Part shown: in pieces, positions 39,601 through 45,400 of the stretch
Numbering within the stretch: position 1 is the first letter of the stretch
Layout of the letters: each line of letters starts with the position of its first letter
Source: Akkermansia muciniphila
Lineage (GTDB): Bacteria; Verrucomicrobiota; Verrucomicrobiia; Limisphaerales; UBA9464
Assembly: GCA_945900455.1 (NCBI GenBank)
Contig: CAMDJH010000003.1
Coordinates: forward strand, 5,006 to 69,005
Direction: 5' to 3'
Length of the DNA: 64,000 bases
The notes under the pieces: model-generated
Databases searched by the model: none
What the model was told of the DNA's origin: nothing
The model's input: the letters and a program-made list of their open reading frames with translations, nothing else
Made by a program: the position numbers and the translations under genes

Positions 39601-42394
39601 AATTGCCGTCACCGCCGGTCAGGCTAGTCCAAACCAAGCCTCCCGGCGTGAGTTGGCTGATCAGGCCATTGTCCTGGGTTCCCGCAAAGATCGTATCGGT
39701 AAATCGATCATAGGCGGCCGACCGTGCCAACTCGGTGATGCTGAGGCCGCTTCCAATCCATTGCCAACCGGGGCTGAGGTTCCCAATCCGGGGATTCGCC
39801 GACCGATATAATCCCCCGTCGGACCCGACGATCAAGTCGGTGCCAGCGCTATTAAAGCGAATCGTCCGTACGTCACCGTGTGGCCCGGTCGTGTATGGGT
39901 CGGCAGCCGCAGCGTTCGTAGTGGTCACCTGGGTCCAACCGGACTGGATCGAACCGTCGCCATTGGTGTCCTCAAGGGGATCGAGAACTCCGTTTAGATT
40001 TCGATCTTCCGTATCCCACCGAAAGATCGCGGCGGTATACGGCGCAGTGCTGTTGATCGCACCGGCCACGAACAGCGTGCTCGGATTGGTCGGATCCGTT
40101 ACGATCGCCGAATGGATGTCCCCCTGGCCGGTAGGGTTGGCGATCGGTGGGGCTGCACCCACCGAGGTCCAGATCCCGCCGATGTTGGTGGACTTGAAAA
40201 CCCCTGCCAACTGGTTGTCGGGACCGACAATGGAGGCATAAACCGGGTTCGAACCACTCGCAACGGCCGTGGCACCGATCGCCAGCAAAATTCGGTTTGA
40301 GACCTTGATTCCCTCGCCCACCTCGTCCGTAACGGTGTCTTGATCGTCATCGGTCATGTTACTATCGAGCGGAAGAACAATCCCGCTCGTAATACGGGTC
40401 CAATGAATGTTGGCTACGGTTGCCTCAGTTCCGTTGCTCGTGACATAGACCCCCTTCTGAAGGGCTGGAATCTTGGAATTGTCCGTGCGTTGGAACGGTC
40501 CCGACAGGGAGACATACCACCGCCCGGGTGCGCCCGGGTCTTCGACAATGTCATTCACGGTTCCCTCCGGCAGTGGATGCACTCCTCCGAGAGCAGAGAT
40601 TCGTACCCAGGTGCCGTCGACGCCCCGACTGGTGCTCCGGTAGAGGCCGCCACGCCCCGGGGTTGCGCCCGAGGCGGGAGTCACTTCAAACGTCGACGCA
40701 TAGACCACATCCTTGGTGGCTACGTTACGCGAAGGAACGATCGCGGTGATCCGCAGGCCGGAGAACTCGCCACGGCTCGTAGCTTGCCATGTCGCGCCGC
40801 CATCCAATGAACGGAAAAGACCGGCATTGATTCCCGTCTGAGCGCTGCTGGTGAAGGACCCCGTGCCCGCATAGAGAACCAATTGATTGTCTGCCGTGAC
40901 TCCCGTTACAGGCGTCCCGTCCACCGCAAATGGACTCATCGCCAAGGCACCGATTCCCAGCGTTGGGAAACGGTCGGTCACGGGACCACCGGTGGCGGTA
41001 ACCAGCAGAGACCACGTCGGGTTTACGGTATTGAAGTCGGTGCTCTTCCAGATGCCGCCATTCACACTCCCGAGAAACGCGATGTTCGGCTTGGCCGGGT
41101 GAACGGCCAGGGCTTGAACGGCGCCGTCGGTGGGATTGGCGTTCGCTGGCGGAGCGTTCGAAGGCAGCAATTCATTCTGATTATTAATGATGCTGTTCGG
41201 ACCTTGCGACTGCCAGGTGGCGGGATTGAAGTAGACGTACGGTGTCTGCGGAAGATAACGGAGGAGCAGATCGCGCCCATCATTCGAAAGATCGACGACG
41301 AAGGCATGGCCAGCCGGCCTGGCGTTCAAGAACACCCCAGGGACAGAATCCAGGCTGAACTTGGTTCGGTCAAAACCCGTGATACCAGCGGTAGTATGGA
41401 CAATTCGCCAGATATAGGTCTGGGAATTATCGAAGTTCGCAGCGACCCCAAGCGTTCCCGGGGACGACAACGTATTGAGATGGATCGCAAAGGGACTGAC
41501 CGCAGTGGCCTGGATGTCGAGGCTTCCCGTGACGTTGATGATGTCCCAATCCGTGCCTTCAAGACCCGTCGCACTCTTCATGTCCCAGGCATACTCTTCG
41601 GTGCTGCTCCAAATCTCGTTCGAGGCGATCGCCTCGATCCCAGGCCCGTGAGGAATGGAAGAGACCGTCTCCAGGGAAGCATGACCTCGACGCGAACTTT
41701 CCAACAGCACGTCCAAAGCAGATGGCGGCCCGTTGGCGCTCCGCAATGTTTCCAACAACTGAGTGGTGATGGAACTTCCCTCCGGTTTGGCGGGCACGAC
41801 CGAATCGAATGCGGCCGGCAGCAGTGGCGAAACTTCGGGTCCCGGCGACGCGAACTCCGCTGCGGAAGTTTCAACGGTCGTCGGCGCACATCCTTTTGGC
41901 TCGGGTTGATTCGGCGCTCCCGCGACTGGCGACGGGACGGAAAACGGGATGCTAGGAGCCAAATCCTCGAGGGAATCACAATGCCCGAGAAGATCCTTCG
42001 CGGAGCGCGAAGCCTCGGCACTCTCGATGGCCGCTTGTTCGCTCCGTTGCAGTGCCGTCGCCGCTTCCGCGAGCGGATGCTGGACGTGCTCTTCGACAAC
42101 GGCGACCTGGCTGTTGGATTGACTGTGGGCGGCCGCAGGCGCGAGCGAACCCAACCCTTCGCCGGAAAGCAAAATCCGAGGCTCAAGAGCCTCCAAATCA
42201 AATGGAGCGTCTTTACGCACAGAGAGCAAAAAGCAACCGAACTGAAAATCAGCCGCCTCGGAAGACAGAGTTCCCGCTTTAACCCGCGCGCCGCGTCGCG
42301 TCGGAACCACCCTCTCCAACAATCCAATTCCCAGGTGCGGGTGAAACTTTTTCGGCGGTTCATATTTAGAACCATAGCCATACGCAAAAATCAA
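21620..42394 (-). CDS. 6,924-aa giant secreted protein: LEPR-XLL-type N-terminus, BNR/Asp-box beta-propeller, unassigned ~2,100-aa core, RTX blocks, SdrD-B-like and Calx-beta arrays
   Basis: One uninterrupted ORF of 20,775 nt. 'LEALEPRILLS' lies at 42164-42196. Asp-box motifs include 'GGIWKSTD' and 'SLDGGATWQ'. GGxGxD nonapeptides are numerous (e.g. 'GGSGNDQLYGGDGPDTLYGGDGADVLIGD'). Calx-beta-like units read 'LAIDNPSLVEGDTG...'. An SdrD-B-like unit reads 'IKGLAWFDVNDEHGIRND...'. The 5' end is uncertain: the ORF opens at TTG 42394, there is no ATG in the first ~270 codons, and alternative GTG starts lie at 42310 and 42220. Confidence 0.85.
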   Translation of the reverse strand: MIFAYGYGSKYEPPKKFHPHLGIGLLERVVPTRRGARVKAGTLSSEAADFQFGCFLLSVRKDAPFDLEALEPRILLSGEGLGSLAPAAAHSQSNSQVAVVEEHVQHPLAEAATALQRSEQAAIESAEASRSAKDLLGHCDSLEDLAPSIPFSVPSPVAGAPNQPEPKGCAPTTVETSAAEFASPGPEVSPLLPAAFDSVVPAKPEGSSITTQLLETLRSANGPPSALDVLLESSRRGHASLETVSSIPHGPGIEAIASNEIWSSTEEYAWDMKSATGLEGTDWDIINVTGSLDIQATAVSPFAIHLNTLSSPGTLGVAANFDNSQTYIWRIVHTTAGITGFDRTKFSLDSVPGVFLNARPAGHAFVVDLSNDGRDLLLRYLPQTPYVYFNPATWQSQGPNSIINNQNELLPSNAPPANANPTDGAVQALAVHPAKPNIAFLGSVNGGIWKSTDFNTVNPTWSLLVTATGGPVTDRFPTLGIGALAMSPFAVDGTPVTGVTADNQLVLYAGTGSFTSSAQTGINAGLFRSLDGGATWQATSRGEFSGLRITAIVPSRNVATKDVVYASTFEVTPASGATPGRGGLYRSTSRGVDGTWVRISALGGVHPLPEGTVNDIVEDPGAPGRWYVSLSGPFQRTDNSKIPALQKGVYVTSNGTEATVANIHWTRITSGIVLPLDSNMTDDDQDTVTDEVGEGIKVSNRILLAIGATAVASGSNPVYASIVGPDNQLAGVFKSTNIGGIWTSVGAAPPIANPTGQGDIHSAIVTDPTNPSTLFVAGAINSTAPYTAAIFRWDTEDRNLNGVLDPLEDTNGDGSIQSGWTQVTTTNAAAADPYTTGPHGDVRTIRFNSAGTDLIVGSDGGLYRSANPRIGNLSPGWQWIGSGLSITELARSAAYDRFTDTIFAGTQDNGLISQLTPGGLVWTSLTGGDGNFVAVDYAGGNSLRYIMSNNLGFLSLRTFDNLNNEIRPVSHTITNITNVAGAVRVNSVAHGLANTDFAQFSSVVGLVGINGQAFGVTVVDVNNFTVNGLAFNGAYRGGGDFVVIHPIPVANMTGNGVPVTITSNNHGLVNDDRVTVWNNADTTAPAFLGGGNTAATGTWKVAVVNPNQFTLTNVVGNAAYTGGSNWQRVDSILLRSQALVTAGGAALFRSGLDATNGTVDGWGTDAALARGSGFEYVPMVVNEVAPDRLLLGRAQVYRSMDHGDTITPLNTGALLPTKVSALAYGGRDNLDTRPNVIYVARGNNVIVSLDDGSTFPGTVALAGVSSVSYLVLDPHNWRTAFAVDGSHVWMIRVTTTGVGAAETITGAIATDITGTLLGLSQGNKSVSVIERGGKLVVLAGTGNGVYRLPVEDPATLATTAPADIVWRRFGNGLPHVTVTDLDYDRVDDVLVAATLGRGAWKMTGAAAGAFEEPVLRIDTGPGADTIRLQLDGDSVLVPEDLEVIVGGVTLLRVAASQVQAVSIFSNGGDDRLVIDSENGDVAFPQRIRYDGGANADTVEFTGATLGPVLNAALPPVRLLTVGFERVTALNTETVEDHGSFANILRSFGRGLGLFSDSSWPLQDRGLLGRDVGPFGGSFGRSVFGVPFRLGAPLSDPGDGPETETEEGLSSEDQIGTLLARILEGGASRFQFSDLGVTITTDGQLISLLDGLDDIPGNVTATTAGSDHQFHVGVHRAISAHPMIDLDLLGGSLSLKADIDLSVMVDLELDLGVDERGFYVRTDLSSSEIVIRDIVVSGEIEGAGQFGLLSVKLDGGMVHLAPGVSFEIDLQETAADPLLGGEAPGRLRPHEAWDRLADYITVTVHDDPGAPDLTLVGNFTVAAGFDSEDPFLNLGTFHVGLIWDDIRDASSFRIDTMGDVGADIVVRFLGFNGTTVLGDLRRFIGFLSRLGDQEALNIELPFGNGIKLKSTFNFSTAFLDQVYRDLVDVNMTGNLGASPTPAVLRGEFSAPLKFSLLINDVATPDIILPAVNGSRHSIADLAAEINSALAAFPGNPAQKVQATVMRGNLAFRLLDGFSLGIAGTDANNPIFTKLGFRSGQAGVEHLKLPTLQSLFAKLEDLLDPDDEGPLHFDIHLDYDQPNRRLTFRVEFSYHFATSTSFTYNTNIGLGDLANFGASGDLGLDGQVSLAATLGFDFNERAAPRLVTSIVVPPPSSGRITADSTFSIKLSDSDRFRFTLPHSALNTQLTDLRDDLNNLLVLAPASYRFHGHLIREVVHFVVSGNALVLEAINEDTNRNGVLDPLEDTLVPNGRLDVVPFGVTSIEIEALSNDPMVTEIGFTGGVGRAPILGIFLDNASFGGMLTVSASNLAATARFAIFGVDIGHDGMGHGIGSAMGNVSVLLNVRNPDGGNRIDLTRILGDLSHIGSYVQLDPSFHADLDVNLPNLKVTPNIPGLLTGTPAITIKIPDFRHLQYNPNPYEVGVNDQGVFITYPNFGALMNFRCLGFTDFAITLASLSDQLRQINTFDFLNKPLPLINKSIGDILDFASQIAETIQAVGRGEGEQLDQLEHTIEELLHLSDNNLEFSVEHSVVAIAAGNISTRASATFNPRGDNNALSFQADNNGDTLSEVLFVDDATLAAHANVATAEYDAPHKALKIRYNATYTTAATIRDAMASAHGASLPFTAQLDGAADPGNNGSGAVQQTALKMVLAYTPTYANNLPFQFSLGDLAAFLPDGSPAHSLLQGVTDLVTVSGSGDLAVTAKADLKIVFGLDVSSPCHWEPFLYDTDYDGPNTGTGIVLSAALRGTNLNFRASLGAVGAYIKNGTATLDRDGDPATTGPGQDAEFAVKLEDSNHDGRHYLRGGETFFDGHNIGFNLNVGASAVLPVYAPIESIPLGSTSDGNLDGFPDNDLVVIIPSLPGLFVPATLHDNLGTNEAILRFPFGQNDLKFTGPAAGKSVKFIEVANPGDSPSATLDGSGNLQVRVRPAKTTAAQVIALSLPPGWAVVANPTGDSGPGNGKVYSNVTILTPDLGSLLHGFDACTAIRNTPVLLDGLDALLGTIQDALTNKVLNRNLPLVGSKLMEVGGFIGQFRNGLLADIRRELAKAGDPIGLVKKAIFDVLGKPGLDLIVKPDGTPITEFNDVDIVCNGNAIDFKIRIKKSLALVDTTANPIQFDVGVPGLGLSVDGNVKIQLGFDLKLYFGVSASDGFYFRTEDPEELKVDFMITIPGLHARGNLFFLQLDVSDETNGVDAQGHERHSSSFGGFFSVNLKDPIGSGNKLTFADMRSPGFSLDRFIEARLGAEAGVHLDLVVSFGGDAQFPRLLVEFDLEWMWTLGGHSDGDLHIGFHNVQLDVGSFIGQFIAPILEQIKKVTGPIQPLVDVLTAPIPILSDLAGEPINMVRLAEIYGELTPGTRKFIEAIGKIITLVNETNVASNGSILIPLGGLNMQRNPFGQIQRMAGETNPQAAMPSTQTSHAGARNFLQKLEDLGFKFPFLSIGEVFKLFTGKPVTLVEYHMPVLEFSARFSQSIPLYPPLYVVFGGEVGAKIDLTFGYDTYGIAKFISSPEKNFLDILDGFFVKDVNDQGIDVPEITLHGGIFAGAALSIGPIELGVTGGVFVVIEFNLNDPDHDGKVRVSEIIANAKQDIRCIFDIHGELYVELAAYLKINLLFFSLDFEWTFARITILTFDINCPQPVLADVDGHGPLVPVGLADPGLLTLHMGERAADRIVGDTADGSETFIVKHLSGAGTNADPETVEVSFNGIKQTYNGVKRIVVKAGKGDDVLDVRGVLAPVDAYGGDGNDTLYAGQSDGSMFFGGGGDDTLVAEEAKDMFLGATNEFHGGPGDDLLTGGARNDRLSGDDGRDKLYGNAGMDELRGGSGNDQLYGGDGPDTLYGGDGADVLIGDDPATTGEADDELYGEEGDDHLEGGPGSDKLVGGNGDDTLDGGMGDDVLLGDNGTIIDLTHVTGISGSGNDILAGGPGGDNLFAAGGNDKVFGGTLLVSGVLTNVEPDGIDFIDGGDGADIIFADDAHGGQATTFPGSTIKGLAWFDVNDEHGIRNDVRDPTERGVAAVTVELHKADTTLIGTSATGPDGTFRFVGLEGGDYYLKFQTPAGLAVVAVDIGSDDTIDNDADATGKTGSIHVDAGDSTDTWAVGYRGTTALLAIDNPSLVEGDTGTQNLMFTVTLTNPLSQTVTVCYKSADGTANRILDYGSVDSTLTFKPGEITKTVLVAIHGDGIDEGDVEQFNVTLCDPNIAEIHPAITVALDPAHTIGVGTIIDDDDAPVININNAVQIPGFGPVTEVTDLTFEVTLSRPSKFSITVDYRSEQVVGSDGVLVFDAATQGVDYITPLPGSVTFLPNQTSLTLVVQPKPDLLDEYDEQMSMRVAINSGTPSNRAVLGDGEAIGRIADDDATPFVRITGPALPVIEGHAGKKPVGLTLTLIDGVTNAPIASGRPVVVSWNTSPGTATLSAPNPLDADAEYAFANVVFKPTEMSKPITVNINGDTRFEPFDPVQGVWEYFFVNLLTATNGQLDSDDSNLNHAVIQIQDDEVPDPGPWYVQFSNVVYQGTEGDDLEITLVRAGGSSNPIGVYWTTAGTATPSADYTGAIWEHGAMPPRHWVYFESGETAKTFTVHLQQDKDIEPTETILLSLLNPTGGPVRGAVPNAVLRILDAQPLPKLSVGDVTVSEGVASGLITFEIVAELPDDVRLAPGVTVSVDWSVLNGTAHAGSDFVAPAPGTVTFSAADFLPVPDGDSTPQRASKTVSISLVNDVTAELTENLLLHLSNAVGGEITRYEGKGTIEDNDRQLITGFVFYDANGNGFFDSSTEYRLKNISVAVQDREGSVLGVAPTNGSGQWTANVLLGSILVTADEADSDLPTDASVSTGNNGGAFQVTPSVTTVDDIGFEVKPEPDIPEESIGNGGAFNNDTVYGGPGNDRIDGGAGEDWLFGGHWLGPGCATSGTPYDGSILQQSAVDGAHKYINPASLPPTGTLGDRVWNDVNSNGTQDAGELGVKDMQVNLYDQYWTLVGTAWTDTHGNYKFEKLAACSYRVQFLPPTGFRLTARDVGIDTADSDADPATGLTSLLPVAGGSLNIDLDAGLVALPAPGPEPWNLSFDHVIYSVRESDGAATITVLHTDNRRQGVGDYYTVNGTASDGVHTPPALPADYVPVKGTARFDLHELSQSFVVPVIQDTIAEGYETVFLQLRNPTGGDVHGNLPQAVLLIFDNPAPDDDVIQGSDGNDVILGDYGYYDPAAAEKFVLLGGMGNDILSGGISGAGDPGDTSQLDKAKFDLIFGEGGNDRLEGGPGNDRLVGGSENDTYVFDGDHDASVNVIDEMGSPLGGTDAIDLSTTSGRSARIDLGSAVLQAVTSRFDGVSDVPVLQVRFPINVIENATGGRRDDVLTGNDLDNRLAGGDGNDTLEGKNGKDELIGGKGSDSYLFNADGSLGHDIVNEIDSAATDEDVDLLDFRTSMTVGVAVNLSLTAAQPVNANLLLTLTDAGGIEILYGTNKNDVLTGNARDNVLWGFVGDDSLDGAAGYDVLAEIRGGNWMLSTGILKLLDTGEVDTFTPTFEEISLTGDSNDNSLDASSFGGLVRLDGGAGNDTLIGGAGTNTFTGGPGVDTITGGGGTNILTEQRDGDFKLTPLSLQITPFGGVAETDTTSSISEAHLTGGDHDNTLDASAFNGTVTLDGAAGNDQLFGTTHNDTLIGGAGDDLLVGAAGDDTYPFDTDTTLGSDTIVELAGGGTDTLDFSSTDTFGVTLTLGENIFRSDGTLLPFTHTQVLNPNLSLTLPPELIENLKGTQSDDVLVGNALVNRIEGNFGNDAITGGLGSDQLFGGENTPILAPPFMIVYADQIVEQRDTDITLASLGLSLAIINFAGAETEIVVGFEGALLAGGLGDNHINAGFFFYPASLFGEEGNDVLTGGFDGDRLIGGAGDDTLAGGLRGDTYIFDTDTPLGTDTVIEVGGPFSGEDTLDFSLTTTRAVTVRLGLAIPQFINSNLNLVLTSATAVEDVLGSALNDRLYGNAAGNVLVGNAGNDRLEGFDGDDTLAGGDGNDRYAFNPDFALGSDRILESVGGGGTDTLDFSSTAASLTVDLTLGHLQIVVPGRLSLHLLSCDGIEDVISGAGNDILLGNSLDNHLTGGPGNDTLSGRRGDDTYIFNTSAALGSDILVETADVEGGIDTLDFRGSTNAVSLDLSNSLNQNVNINLNLTLTSLIYLPVFGNLAFENVFGGLGADILIGNSLDNLLDGGSGGDLLSAGAGNDMLLGNAGNDFLFGGIGEDRLEGGSGNDFISGGSGNDLYLFDTDTALGLDTLSEPLTGGNDTLDFSASQTLGVQLDLSRGLAQVLNPNLTLTLGLGNRFENIVGTSRDDVLRGNKLDNILAGGPGDDTYRFDVDDVHVYGDTYGVDRIEERAGDGTDTLDFLETGTTGVVVDLGLASPQVVAFNVAPAPGPTFPAPPRPALTLILAAGDVVENVIGASLDDTLIGNVLDNRLTGGPGVDKLIGGDGVDTLVEHADADFVLKNASLRIGSEVDSLDEIERAELTGGPGPNVLDASNYSLGPVTLDGGLGNDTLRGGASGLDRVFASRDADMSVTNAQLTIGAETDTLVSIERATLIGGPSANILLASGFVLGPVILVGGDGDDTLKGGSKDDQITGGAGSDIINGGTGDDVLIEVIDGNIILSNTQLFTPSGVDTFTNLVRVEISGGPNNNFFTAAGVATVNVLFRGEGGNDILVGTDRDDILEGGDGSDILVGRKGDDVYMFRGAWGTDTLIELAGEGVDRLDFSFASSGMTIALGDSTSASDSNGNQVLPAANVEQIRASGFDDQVSVTPSMTTALRVEAGDANADELIYVAQNAVTVQTPTLFSSVGFQPVTYVGFEVIHVVHVGLGSTLLVPAAGRDLAPLVLRPDLHLISPMTWTRAIAAPPTVAVLWDSSAVLSVGPQPLHSFDSQQQLRLTPSPLEGLNPPNGRTS
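21628..21634 (-). promoter_or_regulatory. Shine-Dalgarno-like GGGAGGA for the 1,843-aa gene, embedded in the 3' end of the giant gene
   Basis: The minus strand reads ...GGGAGGAcctcATGA. The SD lies 4 nt before the ATG (21621-21623), and that ATG overlaps the giant gene's TGA stop (21620-22). Confidence 0.5.
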
Positions 42395-42428
42395 CCGTAA
42401 TGTTCAACGAACCGCCCTCGTTCAAAGC

Positions 42429-45400
42429 ATGTTACCCAAGAAGCCGTCTTTCCGTCTCCCCCTGACATTCTGGGGACTCGCCGTAGCGATGGTCCTGCTC
42501 GCGGGCCGACCCCCGCGAGCGGGCGCGCAGGCTCCGGGGGTCTTTCGCGAGCTGTTCACGGGCTTCAATCGCGCGAACAGTCCGCTTTGGCAGCTAACGA
42601 ATGATATCCGCTTTCTCGCCAACACGCCGACCTCCACGAACATCCTCGCAACCTTCAGCGCACCCCAGGCCGCCGGCGAAGATTACGGTCAGCGTGTGCG
42701 CGGCTTTCTCACCGCACCGACGACCGGCAACTATACCTTCTGGATTTCCAGCGATGAAGTCGGCCAGCTTTTCCTGGGCACCACCGAAAATCCCAGATCA
42801 AAACACCTCATCGCCGTCTGCGATCCGCGCGCCCAACCCGGCAACTACACCACGCATGCCGGCCAGCAATCGTCGAACATCGTCCTCCAGGCCGGACACC
42901 GTTATTACATCGAGGCGCTGCACGGCGAGGCCAACCTGATCGACCATCTTTCGGTGCAATGGCGGCTGCCGAACACGGTGGTCGAGTCGCCAATTCCCAG
43001 CACACGCCTCCAATACGAAATCGCACCGCTCCTCACCTCCACGCCAACGAATCGGGTCGTCGAAGAGGGCCGTCCCGCCGTCTTCCAAGCCGAAACGGCC
43101 AATTTCCTCCCGCAAAATTTTCGCTGGCAGCGTGGCAGCTCGGACATTCCCGGCGCGACGAACCCGAGTTACACTTTGTTCGCAGCCACACTCGCTGATG
43201 ACGGCGCGCGCTTCCGCGCGTTTGTCAGCAATCGCCTCGGCGCCACCAATACCCCCGAAGTCACCCTGACAGTACTGCCTGACACGAACGCGCCGCTCGT
43301 TGTCAGCGTGGTCGCTCTCAGTCAAACCAATCTACTTGTGACATTCTCCGAATCGGTCGCGATGGCGTCGGCACTCGACACGGCCAACTACGCCCTTGCA
43401 GGCGCGGCCATTCAAGGCGCCGCCTTTGGAACCGACGCGCGGACGGTATCGCTCCGGACTTCACCCCTGGTCTTTCAAAACAACTATACTCTCCTGATCT
43501 CCGGCGTTCAGGATTCAGCCAGCCAGCCGAACACGATGGCGTCCGCGCGTGTGGGGTTCACGGCCCGCGAGTTCAACCCTCAAGCCATCGGCCCTCCGGC
43601 GCAGCCCGGATCGATCGCGATCGTGACCGGAGGTGTAAACGTGGCCGGAAGCGGAGTGGATGGGGGCGAGCGCTCGGATCAGTTTCAATTCGGTTACCAA
43701 GCGCAATCGGGCGATTTCGATCTCAAAGTTCGGGTGCAGGGATTGGACTTCACCGACCTTTGGGCCAAGGCGGGATTAATGGCCCGCGAGAGCCTCGATT
43801 CAAACAGCCGTTTCGCCGCCACGTTCGCCACGCCGACGCTGGCGGGGACCTTCTTCCAGCATCGCGCGGCGACGGGTGGCCTCACGACGAGTGCCGGTTC
43901 CGTTTCCGGGAGCTTCCCCGACACTTGGTTGCGGTTGCAGCGAGTGCGGGAACTTTTCAGTGGCTACGCCAGCATGGACGGCCAAAATTGGACACACCTC
44001 GGTTCCGTTGCGATCGCGATGTCCAACCAGCTCTATTTCGGCTACGCCGTGTCGAGCCAGCGCACGAATCAGACGGCGACCGCACAATTCCGTGATTTCA
44101 GCACAGTGACCGGCGGAACGATCGACACGGGGGCGAGGACGCGCGAGACACTCGGTCCATCCAGCCGCAAGACGGGCCTGGTGATTTCGGAAATCATGTA
44201 TCATCCGCGCGACATGCTTCTTGGTGTCCATCCCGCTGAACTCGAATTTGTTGAGTTGTTCAACTCGACTCCCTCCTACGAAGATATCAGTGGCTACCGG
44301 CTTGCCGGCGACATTGATTACACGTTTCCACCGGGAACGGTCCTCGGTGGCGGCCAATTTCTGGTGGTTGCCCGGTCCCCGGAGGATCTGCAGACCGTAT
44401 CCGGAATTGTCGGGGCACTTGGCCCGTTCACGAACAATCTCCCGAACGACGCCGGCCGCGTCCGCCTGCGCAATGAAAGCGGTGCGGTGCTGTTGGAGGT
44501 GAACTATTCCGCCAAGTTCCCGTGGCCCATCGCGGCAGACGGCGCGGGTCATTCGCTCGTGCTGGCACGTCCGTCCTTCGGCGAAGGGCAACGCGCCGCC
44601 TGGGCGGCGAGCGACGCTCTGGGGGGCTCGCCCGGCGGACTGGAGCCGTTCGGTGTCGAGCCCTTGCGTCCCATCATGATCAACGAATTCCTCGCGCATA
44701 CGGATGCGTCCGCGCTCGATTTCATTGAACTCTACAATCACAGTGACCAACCCGTGGATCTCGGCGGCGCGTGGCTGTCCGACAGTACGGTCACGAACAA
44801 ATTCCGCATCCCCTCACCCACGACCCTCACCGCGCGCGGTTTCGTCTCGTTTGATCAAAATCAACTCGGCTTCTCGCTCAACTCGGCCGGCGAACGAATC
44901 CTGCTGGTAAACTCGAACCAAACGCGGGTCGTCGACGCTGTCGCGTTTGAGCCGCAGGCGCAGGGTGTTTCCTCCGGCCGCTTTCCCGATGGCGCACTCG
45001 AAATACGAATTCTGTCCACACCCTCGCCCGACTCGGCCAACCCCGGAACCCTCGCGCACGACATCGTTATCAACGAGATCATGTACCACCCGATCTCCGG
45101 GGATCGCGACGACGAATTCGTGGAATTGTACAACCAGGGTGAGACGTCCGTGAATCTCGAGGGCTGGCGTTTCACCGACGGGATCGACTTCACGTTCCCG
45201 CCCAACACCTGGATCGCGGCGGGCGGCTATAGGGTCGTTGCTCGAAACCAGCTGCGGTTGCTGGCGAATTACTCGACCCTGAATTCGAGCAATACCGTCG
45301 GCAATTTCCGTGGCAGCCTGCGCGACGCCGGAGAGCGCTTGGCACTGGCCAAACCGCATCCGTCCATTCATGCCGACGATCCAATGAATGTTACCACAAA

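Noticed and set aside
40246-40255. tRNA T-arm-like 'ggttcgaacc' (a similar 'gattcgaactcc' lies near 28801)
   Set aside because: It is embedded in the giant ORF. No acceptor or anticodon stems can be drawn around it. It is a coincidental short match.
40883-42400. 505-aa plus-strand ORF (and similar ones such as 28379-29875, 498 aa, and 19227-20045, 272 aa) antisense to the giant and GEVED genes
   Set aside because: They are Arg/Gly/Pro-rich with no recognisable motifs. They lie entirely inside strongly supported minus-strand ORFs. Long antisense ORFs are expected in high-GC coding DNA.
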